Source: Candidatus Eiseniibacteriota bacterium (lineage in GTDB: Bacteria > Eisenbacteria > RBG-16-71-46). From it: a stretch of DNA of 64,000 nt. The first letter of the stretch is position 1. The number at the start of each line of letters is the position of its first letter. The position numbers and the translations under genes are program-made. Shown piece by piece: positions 38,205 to 47,290 of this stretch. Below the pieces are notes generated by a model. It was not told the origin of the DNA. It worked only from the letters and a program-made list of their open reading frames with translations, and did not search any database. The stretch is from positions 12,265 to 76,264 of the forward strand of contig JANLWX010000018.1 in NCBI GenBank assembly GCA_031364845.1. The letters are read 5' to 3'.

Positions 38205-38882
38205 ATGTCACGACCCGACGTCACCACCTTGCGCGTGAGCGAGTGCTTCCTTTCGATCCAGGGCGAAGGTCCGTCGGCCGGGGTCCCCGCGCATTTCGTG
38301 CGGCTCCAGGGTTGCGATGTCGGCTGCCACTGGTGCGACTCCAAGTACACATGGGGCGTGAGCGGCGGTCGCGAATCCACGGTCGATGACATCCTCGACG
38401 AAGTACGCGCCCTCGGCGATGCGCCGCTGCTGGTCGTTACCGGTGGCGAGCCTCTGCAGCACGACGGCGTCTATGGACTGCTCAAGCAGGCGCTCCTGCG
38501 CTGGCCGCGCGTCGAAGTCGAGACCAGCGGCATCATCGGTCCGCGGATGCACGACGAGCGTCTGTATTGGAACGTGTCTCCCAAACTACCCGGGGTCACG
38601 GCGCGGTGGGAAGAAACGTGGCGGCACGCGGGCGAATGGGCCCGCGCTGAGAACGCCACGTTCAAGCTCGTCGTCGGCAACGAGCAGGATCGCGACGATG
38701 CGTTGCGCCTCGTCGCCGAGCATGGGGTCCCCGCATCGCGCGTGATGCTGATGCCCGAAGGCCTCACCGATGACCAGGTGCTCGCGCACGCTCCACTCGT
38801 CGTCGATACGTGCAAGGCTCACGGATTTCGCATGAGCCCGCGGCTCCACATCTGGCTGTGGGGCGCGCGGAGAGGCGTATGA
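38205..38882 (+). CDS. queE: 7-carboxy-7-deazaguanine synthase QueE (radical SAM)
   Basis: CxxxCxxC-like radical SAM cluster region ([14 protein letters not shown]). Confidence 0.85.
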   Translation: MSRPDVTTLRVSECFLSIQGEGPSAGVPAHFVRLQGCDVGCHWCDSKYTWGVSGGRESTVDDILDEVRALGDAPLLVVTGGEPLQHDGVYGLLKQALLRWPRVEVETSGIIGPRMHDERLYWNVSPKLPGVTARWEETWRHAGEWARAENATFKLVVGNEQDRDDALRLVAEHGVPASRVMLMPEGLTDDQVLAHAPLVVDTCKAHGFRMSPRLHIWLWGARRGV

Positions 38883-39583
38883 GCGAACGCGCGGTCGTGC
38901 TGCTGTCGGGTGGGCTCGATTCGACCACGTGCCTCGCGTGGGCGCGCGCGCAGGGATACGAGTGCCACACGCTCGCGATCGACTACGGCCAGCGCCATCG
39001 GGGCGAGCTGGCGGCTGCGCGAACCGTCGCCGGCGCACTCGGTGCCTCAGAGCATCGCGAAGTGCGCGTGGATCTCCGCGCGATCGGAGGGTCGGCGCTC
39101 ACCGGCACGCTCGCGATGCCGCGCGATCGCGAGATCGAGGAGATCGGCGCGGGCATTCCTTCGACCTACGTGCCTGCACGCAATACCGTATTCCTCTCGA
39201 TCGCCCTGGGATGGGCGGAAGTCCTGAACGCGCCGCATCTGGTGGCGGGGATGAACGCGATCGATTACTCCGGATATCCCGACTGCCGTCCCGAATTCGT
39301 ACGCGCGTTCGAGCGCCTCGCGCGGCTCGCGACGCGGGCCGGCATCGAAGGCGTCGAGTTCCGCGTCCACACGCCGCTCATGGAGCTCGACAAGGCCGGC
39401 ATCATCCGGATGGGCCTGGTACTCGGCGTCGACTATGCGCTCACGCACTCCTGCTACGATCCGTCACCCGACGGTGCCGCGTGCGGGCGTTGCGATGCAT
39501 GCGTGCTGCGGCTCAAGGGTTTTCACGAGGCCGGGCGCACCGATCCCATTCGGTACTCGGCGAACGCGGGCGGCGCGGCATGA
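38879..39583 (+). CDS. queC: 7-cyano-7-deazaguanine synthase QueC
   Basis: PP-loop SGGLDSTT; C-terminal Zn-binding [10 protein letters not shown]. Confidence 0.9.
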   Translation: MSERAVVLLSGGLDSTTCLAWARAQGYECHTLAIDYGQRHRGELAAARTVAGALGASEHREVRVDLRAIGGSALTGTLAMPRDREIEEIGAGIPSTYVPARNTVFLSIALGWAEVLNAPHLVAGMNAIDYSGYPDCRPEFVRAFERLARLATRAGIEGVEFRVHTPLMELDKAGIIRMGLVLGVDYALTHSCYDPSPDGAACGRCDACVLRLKGFHEAGRTDPIRYSANAGGAA

Positions 39584-39661
39584 GGCTCGCCGAAACGCGC
39601 CGCGCCCGAACCCCATTGATCCGATTCGCAGCGCGCCACCCGATCCCATAGAGGTTCCGAC

Positions 39662-40028
39662 CATGCGCATCGATCTGACGAAGGACTACACATTCGAAGC
39701 GGCGCATCGGTTGCCGCGCGTGCCGCCCGATCACAAGTGCTTTCGCATGCACGGTCACTCGTTCCGCGTCGAAGTCGTGGTCGCGGGCGAGATCGATCCC
39801 GAACTCGGATGGCTGCTCGACTTCGCGGACATCACCGCTGCCGTCGAACCGTTGATCAAGCGTGAACTCGATCACCGATCACTGAACGACGTGCCGGGTC
39901 TCGAGAATCCGACCTCTGAATTGCTGTGCATGTGGTTGTGGAATCGTCTCGTCCCCGCACTACCGGGACTGGCCGCGATCACGGTCGCCGAGACGTGCAC
40001 GGCACGCTGCACCTATCGCGGCGAGTGA
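39662..40028 (+). CDS. queD: 6-carboxy-5,6,7,8-tetrahydropterin synthase QueD
   Basis: MRIDLTKDYTFEAAHRLPRVPPDHKCFRMHGHSF with zinc-binding His residues. Confidence 0.85.
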
Positions 40029-40357
40029 CTTCGCGGCACGAACCAGGGCCGCTGTCCGGCCGCCGGCGTTGTAATAAAGGCGCTCCGATTGCGGATCGCA
40101 TGCGCGATACGGGCATCATAGAAAGCGTTCCGGGCCGTAAATCCCCCTCCAGCATGCGAATTCCCCCTTGGAATGCGCTTTGCTCTACTGCCAGTGAGGC
40201 AACCCTCAGTGGTGGTCCGTGAAACTACGGAGCCACGGGAGCGCTGCTCCCGCGGGCGCGGATTTTCCGGTGCGAGCGCGGTGACGTCCGGGTGCCCGCT
40301 GTGGAAGGATATCGCTTCCGCAGCGTACATCGAGTGGAAGGGAGAAACACCAACACC

Positions 40358-41278
40358 ATGAATACGAACTCGAGAGTCTTCATCACCGGAGTCAGCGGAT
40401 ATCTCGGAAGTGCGATCGCCACCCGGCTGGTCCGGTCCGGCTACGAAGTCCATGGCCTGACCCGCAACGTCGATCGCACCTCCGATCTCTCCGCGCGCGG
40501 CATCCACCCGGTGGTGGGCACACTGTCGAAGCCTGAGACGTTTCTTCCGGCACTCAAGAATTGCGACGTCGCGATTCACGCCGCGTTCGACCCGTCCGAT
40601 GTCGCAAACCAGGACCGGCTCGCGCTCGAGGCAATTCGGATCGGCGCTCTCGACGGCCGCGTCCGGCAGCTGCTCTATACCAGCGGCGCGTGGGTTCATG
40701 GCGACACCGGCGGACAGTCGATCGACGAATCGTCACCGCTCAACCCGATCGATCTCGTTCGGTGGCGCGCGGCGCACGAGGACGTGGCCATCGACCTGAG
40801 CGAGCACGACGTCAAGGTCGTGGTGCTGCGGCCGGGCACGGTGTACGGAAGCTCGCGCGGCATAATCGGTTCAATGTTCGCCGAAGCGCACGATCATGGA
40901 ACGCTTCACTATGCCGGCACCGGTGCCCAGCACTGGGGTTTGATCCATCGCGACGATGTTGCCGAGGCCTACCTGCGTGCGCTTGAACGCGCGACCGGCG
41001 GCGAACGGTATCTGTTGAGCGATGGGTCCCAGTACACGGTTCGCCAGATCGCCGAAGCGATCGCCAAGGTCACCGGAGCGCAGTTGCGTCCGCGCGACTC
41101 GAGCGAGGTCCTCAAGCAATTCGGCCTGTTTGGCCGGGCGCTGCTCACCAGCCAGAAGCTCGACGCATCCAAGGCGCGTCGCGATCTGGGGTGGACGCCC
41201 AAGCACACATCGGTGATCGACGAAGTGGCACAACTAAATCAGGACTGGCTCGCGTCGCGGGGCACGCCGGTCGCATAA
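40358..41278 (+). CDS. NAD(P)-dependent epimerase/dehydratase-family protein
   Basis: Rossmann GVSGYLGSAIATRL. Strong RBS GGAAGGGAG upstream. Confidence 0.8.
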   Translation: MNTNSRVFITGVSGYLGSAIATRLVRSGYEVHGLTRNVDRTSDLSARGIHPVVGTLSKPETFLPALKNCDVAIHAAFDPSDVANQDRLALEAIRIGALDGRVRQLLYTSGAWVHGDTGGQSIDESSPLNPIDLVRWRAAHEDVAIDLSEHDVKVVVLRPGTVYGSSRGIIGSMFAEAHDHGTLHYAGTGAQHWGLIHRDDVAEAYLRALERATGGERYLLSDGSQYTVRQIAEAIAKVTGAQLRPRDSSEVLKQFGLFGRALLTSQKLDASKARRDLGWTPKHTSVIDEVAQLNQDWLASRGTPVA

Positions 41279-41310
41279 ATCCTGAAGACACCGGCTCACA
41301 TCGCCTGACG

Positions 41311-41338
41311 GCGCACCCTCACAAGGGTGCGCTGTTTG
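41311..41338 (+). terminator. Hairpin GCGCACCCT-caca-AGGGTGCGC plus TGTTTG downstream of the epimerase gene
   Basis: 9-bp GC-rich stem followed by a short U-rich tract. Confidence 0.5.
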
Positions 41339-41396
41339 CGTTGGGCAGACACCGCCCTCATTACGACGGGCCCTGCGCTGGCGTAGGATGACGCGC

Positions 41397-42401
41397 ATGG
41401 CCCACCGCCTCCGCTTTCCACCACAGTCGCTCATCCACGGGTGCGCTCGATTCGCGCTCGCCTTCATGGCCATTGCGACCCCGCTCGTGGCCGACGCCGC
41501 CGCAAGCCGCCCGGCGGTTCGCGCGCCGGCGGATCCCGCATTCGGTTCGCACTGGCACGATGGACGGGCAGAGCTCGATGGGTACGGCTTCGCCGTCCGG
41601 CGCTACGGCGAGCCGCGCACGGGACAGGCGACGATGGTGTTCGTCACCGAGCCCTTCCGCGCGAGCACGCGCGTCAAGATCGACGATCCTTCGCGCGCGC
41701 CCGCCGATGTGTTCGAAGCGCTCAAACTCAACCTCGTGCGCGATTTTCAGACCGGTATCTACGACTACAACACGATGGTCTCGCTGTTTTCACGCAGTGA
41801 CTCGTTCGATCCGGTGAAGCTCACCTTCACGAGCGCCGAATGGTGCGGCAATGTGTACGAAGAGCTGCTCATCGATCCGCAGAACATCCAGCACCGCGTG
41901 TTCAGCTACTTCGAAGGCGAGACCTCACTGGGCACACTGCCGCGTCCACCAGGCGGCGTGATCGAGGAGGAACTGTTCGTGCGGCTGCGAGGACTCCGTG
42001 GCGAGTATCTGCGCCCGGGCGAGAAGCGCTCCGTGGCCTTCCTGGCCGGATCCTTTCACCGCCGTCTCACGCATGCACCTGCAACCTGGACGCGGGCGGA
42101 GATCGAGCGCACCGCAGCTACCGAGCGCGTGCAGGTACCGGCAGGAAGCTTCGCAACGCGGCTCTACGTCGTGCGCGTGACGGGCGGGCGCGAAGGCCGC
42201 TTTCATATCGAAGCTGCCTATCCCCATCGCATCGTGAAGTGGGCATGGAGCGGCGCGCGCGGTGCAGATGCCGAAGCCAGCGAGTCCGGCGAACTGACCG
42301 GCACAGAGCGCGTCGCGTACTGGAAGATGAACGGCAGAGGCGGAGAGCGCGGGCTCGAGAAGCTCGGATTGCAGCCTTCGCCGGGCGCTTCAGGTCGCTA
42401 G
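41397..42401 (+). CDS. Secreted hypothetical protein
   Basis: Signal peptide ...ARFALAFMAIATPLVADAAAS; beta-rich. Confidence 0.5.
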   Translation: MAHRLRFPPQSLIHGCARFALAFMAIATPLVADAAASRPAVRAPADPAFGSHWHDGRAELDGYGFAVRRYGEPRTGQATMVFVTEPFRASTRVKIDDPSRAPADVFEALKLNLVRDFQTGIYDYNTMVSLFSRSDSFDPVKLTFTSAEWCGNVYEELLIDPQNIQHRVFSYFEGETSLGTLPRPPGGVIEEELFVRLRGLRGEYLRPGEKRSVAFLAGSFHRRLTHAPATWTRAEIERTAATERVQVPAGSFATRLYVVRVTGGREGRFHIEAAYPHRIVKWAWSGARGADAEASESGELTGTERVAYWKMNGRGGERGLEKLGLQPSPGASGR

Positions 42402-42413
42402 CCGACTTCCTCG

Positions 42414-44270
42414 ATGGAGCCCACCCCCGCACCTCCCGCGCGCCGCCCACGTCCGGGCGTCCTGCCCATAGTCCTCGCGGTGATCGGCGTGGCCGCCATC
42501 GGAGTGTGGGTGCTGCGGCCGATCATCACGAACCTGGTCGCCGGCAAGTTGCGCGCGGCCGCCGCCGCGCGTGATCTCACGGCAACGTGGCGTTCGCTGG
42601 AAGTCGGGTTCGGTACCGCGCGGATCGGCGATCTCTCTCTTTCATCGGCGGTGGGAGACACCGTGCTCGCGGTGCGGAACCTGTCGGTCGCGATCGCCCC
42701 GCTCTCGATGCTGGTGCTGCGACCGCGGCCACGCTCGATCACGCTCGACAGCGCGCGCTTCACGATTCGCGCGCGAGGCCCGGCGGATTCCGACACGCTC
42801 GATCCGAATCCACCGCCGCCGCCTTCACCGCGCCGCGGGCGAACTGATCACCCGGAGCGATCCCGGCGCCTCGTGAACGCGGTGCATCAGGCGGTGCGCC
42901 TGCTGTTCATCCCTGCACACCAGCTGCCGCGCGTGCGCATGGCGCACCTCACGATCACTCAGGCGTCATCCGAGCCGGGCACGGCAACGCGCACGGTCGA
43001 CATCGACACGCTCACGGCCGATCCCACCGCCGCGGGCATCGGTCTCGGCATCCGCGGAACGCTGCGGGCGGATCAGGTGGTCCCGTTCTCGGCAACCGCC
43101 ACGTACGGCCGCGACGATCGCCTCGCGGGTCACGCGCGTTTCATGCTGCCCGCGGCTCGCGGCGGTGAACGCGAAACCCTGGCAATGGAGATCGACGGGG
43201 TGCTCTCGCAGGACCGGCGCGCCCGCGTCGCGCGCCTCGGCGAAGCGACGCGCGTGAGCGTGGGCGCGCTGCCGATCGGAGTCGCGGGCGCGGTGTGGCA
43301 GCGCGGACCGCGATTCGAACTCGCGATCACCGCCGACAGCGTCACCTCGGACCAGATCCACCGGAGCCTGCCCGCGTCGCTGCTGGGCCCGTTGCTGGAT
43401 GTCTCGACGCGCGGATCATTCGACTACCGCCTGCACTTCGATCTCGACCTCGCGCGACCCGAGGCCGTCGACTTCACCGCCGACGTGATCCCGAATGCGC
43501 TGCGTCTGGATTCGTCGACACGTCTGCGGCTCACGGGGCTCGCCGCTCCTTTCACCGCCGTGATCCATCTGCCGCGCCACACGACCACGCGCGATCTCTC
43601 GCCGGCCAATCCGCACTACCGCGCGTTCGACGACATCGATTCGCTGCTCACGCACGCCGTCGTGACGAACGAGGACGGGGGCTTCTTCCGCCATCGCGGC
43701 TTCAACACCGAAGCGGTGAAGCAATCGATCGCCGAGAACCTGCGGGCCGGGGCGTTCCGGCGCGGCGCCGGCACCATCACGATGCAGCTCGCGCGCAATC
43801 TGTACCTCGGCCACCAGCGCACGCTCGCGCGCAAGATGCAGGAGGTCGTGCTGGCATGGGTGCTCGAACACCTGACCGGTGTCGGCAAGCGCCGCCTGTT
43901 GGAGATCTACTTCAACATCATCGAGTGGGGTCCGGGGGTTCACGGCGCCGACGAAGCGGCGCACTACTACTTCGGTCGCGACGCTTCGCGCCTGACGATC
44001 GACGAGTCGCTGTTCCTCGCGACGATCGTTCCCTCGCCGTTGAAGTGGCGCTACCGCTTCGACTCGGAAGGCGCGCTGCGCCCGTTCGCGCAGGCGCAGA
44101 TGCACTTCATCGGCCGCGCGATGATCGCGAAAGGCTGGCTCGATGCGGCCATGCTTCCCGCAGCGGATCAATTACGAGTCGAGCTGCGAGGTCCCGCGCG
44201 CGACGTGCTGCACCCGCCCGCGCCCGGCGCGCCTCGAACCGTCGAAGCGCTGGTGCCGTTCCTGCCATGA
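42414..44270 (+). CDS. Membrane-anchored protein with C-terminal GT51 peptidoglycan transglycosylase domain and ~350-aa N-terminal AsmA-like extension; no transpeptidase
   Basis: TM helix VLPIVLAVIGVAAIGVWVL. GT51 motifs EDGGFFRHRGFN and GAGTITMQLARNLYL. Confidence 0.7.
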   Translation: MEPTPAPPARRPRPGVLPIVLAVIGVAAIGVWVLRPIITNLVAGKLRAAAAARDLTATWRSLEVGFGTARIGDLSLSSAVGDTVLAVRNLSVAIAPLSMLVLRPRPRSITLDSARFTIRARGPADSDTLDPNPPPPPSPRRGRTDHPERSRRLVNAVHQAVRLLFIPAHQLPRVRMAHLTITQASSEPGTATRTVDIDTLTADPTAAGIGLGIRGTLRADQVVPFSATATYGRDDRLAGHARFMLPAARGGERETLAMEIDGVLSQDRRARVARLGEATRVSVGALPIGVAGAVWQRGPRFELAITADSVTSDQIHRSLPASLLGPLLDVSTRGSFDYRLHFDLDLARPEAVDFTADVIPNALRLDSSTRLRLTGLAAPFTAVIHLPRHTTTRDLSPANPHYRAFDDIDSLLTHAVVTNEDGGFFRHRGFNTEAVKQSIAENLRAGAFRRGAGTITMQLARNLYLGHQRTLARKMQEVVLAWVLEHLTGVGKRRLLEIYFNIIEWGPGVHGADEAAHYYFGRDASRLTIDESLFLATIVPSPLKWRYRFDSEGALRPFAQAQMHFIGRAMIAKGWLDAAMLPAADQLRVELRGPARDVLHPPAPGAPRTVEALVPFLP

Positions 44271-46177
44271 GCCGGGCTTCTCAGATCCGCGACCGTCAGG
44301 CAGCGCCACGACCGACGCCGCCCGCGGAACTTCTTGCGCCGCCGGCGGACTCGGCGCTTCGCGACACGGCATGGCTCGTCTGTGGCGGCCTCGCGCTTCT
44401 GGTATTGCTGTGGACCTGCCGCGGATATCCGCGTGGCATTCCGGTCGCTGACGACTACAGCTTCCTCGCGTGGCGCGCGTTCCATCCACTCGACCTGTTT
44501 GATTCGATGGGCGCGACGTACTACTGGCGACCGCTGAGCCGTCAGCTCTACTTCTCCGTGTTCGGCCGCACGCTGCTCGAAGCGCCATGGATCGCGGCAT
44601 TCGCGCATGCCGGCATGCTGCTTCTTACCTACGCCGCGCTGTGGCGCATCGCGCGGCGCGGCTTCTCCGCTCCGATCGCGACGGCGATCGCCGTGTTCCC
44701 GCTGCTGTCCGAGCCGGCGCGCGCGCTGCTCGCGTGGCCGAGCGGAGCGCAGCATCTGCTCGCCGGAATGTTCGCGGCACTGGCGCTTCACGAAGCATTT
44801 GCCGCGCGCGCGATCACCGCACTCCTCTTCGCGGGACTGGGCATGTTGTCCCACGAGTCGGGGGCACTCGCGCTGTGCGCGGTGCCCGCGATCGCCGGGT
44901 GGCAACGATATCGCGCCGGGAACGAGGCATCTTCGGATGCGCGCCGCATGACACGTCACGTCGCGGCGGCCATGATCGGGGCGCTCGCGATCGGCGCGCT
45001 GTGGGTGTTCGGCTACAGGACCGCGCAGGTGCACGGCGTCGCGTTGCCACCTCGAGCGCCGGAAGGTCTTTCGCTCTTGCGCCTCGCCGATCTCGGTTCG
45101 CGCGCGATCCCGGCCGCGCTCGATCTCGAAGACCTCGCGCCGGTCGCGCGCACCACGCTCTCGATCGGCTACGTGTTGATCGCAGCGCTCGCGCTGATGT
45201 GCGTCATCGCGCTGCCCGCGCGCCGCCGGGTTCGCGCGCTCACGTTCGGTGCTGCGGGACTCGCGTGGTTCGTGCTCGGAGCTCTTCCGCTTTCGCAGTT
45301 GCTCCCCGACTGGAACGCGTGGCGCGCATGGTTGCCGACCCTCGGCCTCGGATTGGGACTGGGCGCGGCGCTCGCGTCCCTGCATCCGGGTCTTGCGATC
45401 GGATTCGCGGGATTGCGTCTGGTGGCGCTGGTGTTCGCTTCGCCTGGCCCGGCGATGGTCGCCATCGCGGCACCCGCGACCCCATCGCACATGTCGTACC
45501 GCCGACTGGTTCGGCTCCAGCGCACGGTCGAGTCGACTCGGCAAGCCATGCTCGCCATGCACCCGGCGCTGCCACGCGATGCCGCGGTCCGGTTCTGGAA
45601 CCTGCCGCGGCTCGCCGAAGTCGGCTTTCAGGAGCATGCAGCACTGCGCGTGTGGTACCGCGACTCCACGCTCACATGGGGCCGCTTCGGCGGCGTCGGG
45701 GGGCTGGACCAGAAAGTCGATGCGCTCGTGGAATATCGGGACAACACGGCTGCGCCGGCCCAGGCCCTCGAAAGCCCGGCGTTCGAAGCCTTCCTGCGGG
45801 GAGGCAATGCAATGATGGCGGGCCGCCTCGAAGAAGCCGAAGCCGAGTTCCAGCGCGCCGAGGGCGCAACCCGAACGCGCGGCCTGCTCTACGCCTCGCT
45901 CGCGTTCAATCGCTCGTGGCTCGCGGTCGATCGCCGGGAACCGGCGCGCGCGGAGTCGTTGCTTCGGGTTTCGCGGGAGTCCGGCCAGAAGGCAGATGCC
46001 GACTACTGGGCGCTCGTGGCCCGCATCGCCATCGAACGCAACAATCGGCCAACCGCGACCGCGGCGCTCTCTCGCTGCCTGGCACTCGAACCCAACCACG
46101 TGATGGGGCGCGAGATCGCCCGTGTTCTGGCGGCAAACGGAAGCCCGCCGGGCAATGCCGGGGAACAAACGCGTTGA
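44267..46177 (+). CDS. Second GT-C-fold-like/TPR membrane protein, paralog of 30166..32253
   Basis: ADDYSFL and YWRPLSRQLYF motifs and matching TM topology. ATG overlaps the stop of the transglycosylase gene (ATGA). Confidence 0.5.
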   Translation: MSRASQIRDRQAAPRPTPPAELLAPPADSALRDTAWLVCGGLALLVLLWTCRGYPRGIPVADDYSFLAWRAFHPLDLFDSMGATYYWRPLSRQLYFSVFGRTLLEAPWIAAFAHAGMLLLTYAALWRIARRGFSAPIATAIAVFPLLSEPARALLAWPSGAQHLLAGMFAALALHEAFAARAITALLFAGLGMLSHESGALALCAVPAIAGWQRYRAGNEASSDARRMTRHVAAAMIGALAIGALWVFGYRTAQVHGVALPPRAPEGLSLLRLADLGSRAIPAALDLEDLAPVARTTLSIGYVLIAALALMCVIALPARRRVRALTFGAAGLAWFVLGALPLSQLLPDWNAWRAWLPTLGLGLGLGAALASLHPGLAIGFAGLRLVALVFASPGPAMVAIAAPATPSHMSYRRLVRLQRTVESTRQAMLAMHPALPRDAAVRFWNLPRLAEVGFQEHAALRVWYRDSTLTWGRFGGVGGLDQKVDALVEYRDNTAAPAQALESPAFEAFLRGGNAMMAGRLEEAEAEFQRAEGATRTRGLLYASLAFNRSWLAVDRREPARAESLLRVSRESGQKADADYWALVARIAIERNNRPTATAALSRCLALEPNHVMGREIARVLAANGSPPGNAGEQTR

Positions 46178-46210
46178 CAGGACACCCCCCGAGGCCCCAA
46201 TCTTCGGCCC

Positions 46211-46276
46211 ATGCAGACGACACACCGGCACCATTCGCATAGTCATCACGGCCCGACAGGCCGTGGATGCATGTGA
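46211..46276 (+). CDS. Candidate his operon leader peptide MQTTHRHHSHSHHGPTGRGCM
   Basis: 6 His in a 9-codon stretch, positioned 150-210 nt upstream of hisG and followed by alternative hairpins. Confidence 0.45.
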   Translation: MQTTHRHHSHSHHGPTGRGCM

Positions 46277-46318
46277 TTGCCCGGTTGAACGTCTGAACTA
46301 GCTCGACCTCGTAACCGC

Positions 46319-46358
46319 ACGAATTCACGGCCTGTCCCCCAGGGACGGGTCGTTTCTG
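46319..46358 (+). terminator. Attenuator terminator (region 3:4) upstream of hisG
   Basis: GGCCTGTCCC/GGGACGGGTC ~10-bp stem followed by GUUUCUGUUUU. Region 3 (CACGGCC) can alternatively pair with GGCCGTG at 46259-46265. Confidence 0.5.
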
Positions 46359-46423
46359 TTTTCCCCCCAATAAGATGCCCATGCCGTCGACGACGTCGTC
46401 ACGGGCCATATCAGGAGTTGTCG

Positions 46424-47290
46424 ATGCTCAGAATCGCATTGCCCAACAAGGGCCGGCTCGCCGTAGAGACCCGGGAGCTGTTCGAGGACGCCGGCCTAGA
46501 TGTCCGCCTCACCAGCGATCGCGCGCTCACTGCGTCGCTCGGCGGCGAGTTCCAGGCGCTGTTCGTGCGCGCCCAGGACATTCCGGTGTTCGTCGCCGAC
46601 GGCGCCGCCGATGCCGGCGTGACCGGACGCGATCTGATCTGCGAGTCCGAGTGCGGGCTCGATTCGCGCATCGACCTCGGCTTCGGGCGCTGCCGCATGG
46701 TCGTCGCCACGCGCGAGGACAGCAGCGTGCGATCGGTCGAGGATCTCGAGGGCCGGCCCCGCGTCGCCACGTCGTTCCCGCGCATCACCCGGCGGTTCTT
46801 CGAGGGGCTCGGACGCCCGGTCGAAATCGTTCCCGTGAGCGGCGCGACCGAAGTGGCTCCGCTGCTCGGCGTCGCCGACATCGTGGTCGACCTCACGTCC
46901 ACCGGCTCGACGCTGCGGGTGAACGGACTGCGCGAGATCGGAACCATCCTCGAATCCACCGCACAGCTCGTCACCGGGCGCGACGCGTTCGCGGACGGCT
47001 CCGATCGCGCCCGCGCGCTCGACGAGCTGATCGCCGCGCTGACATCGGTGCTGCGCGCGCGCGGCAAGCGCTACCTCATGGCGAACGTGCCGCGCGTCGC
47101 ACTCGAGGACATCAAGCGGGTGCTGCCCGGGCTCAACGGCCCGACCGTGGTCGACATCCTGAACCACGGCGCCCACGTCGCCGTGCACGCCGTGGTGCAG
47201 GCAGCGGGCATCTATCGCACGATCGCCGAGCTCAAATCGCTCGGCGCCGAAGGTATTCTCGTCACCCGCATCGAGAGGCTCATGCCATGA
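46424..47290 (+). CDS. hisG: ATP phosphoribosyltransferase, long form
   Basis: MLRIALPNKGRL N-terminus and C-terminal regulatory domain. RBS CAGGAG 6 nt upstream of ATG 46424. Confidence 0.9.
   Translation: MLRIALPNKGRLAVETRELFEDAGLDVRLTSDRALTASLGGEFQALFVRAQDIPVFVADGAADAGVTGRDLICESECGLDSRIDLGFGRCRMVVATREDSSVRSVEDLEGRPRVATSFPRITRRFFEGLGRPVEIVPVSGATEVAPLLGVADIVVDLTSTGSTLRVNGLREIGTILESTAQLVTGRDAFADGSDRARALDELIAALTSVLRARGKRYLMANVPRVALEDIKRVLPGLNGPTVVDILNHGAHVAVHAVVQAAGIYRTIAELKSLGAEGILVTRIERLMP

Noticed and set aside
39584-39661. Possible preQ1-I riboswitch (AGAGGTTCC) in the queC-queD spacer
   Set aside because: The motif lies 4 nt from the queD ATG. There is no room for the pseudoknot or A-rich tail, and no upstream hairpin of the right size.
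44168-46249. 693-aa minus-strand ORF
   Set aside because: Antisense to the GT-C/TPR paralog, which has clear TM topology and paralog support. Composition dominated by Arg/Glu from GC-rich codons.
46375-47286. First ~300 codons of the 1153-aa ORF
   Set aside because: Overlaps hisG in a different frame. The hisD-hisC fusion starts at ATG 47287, overlapping the hisG stop.
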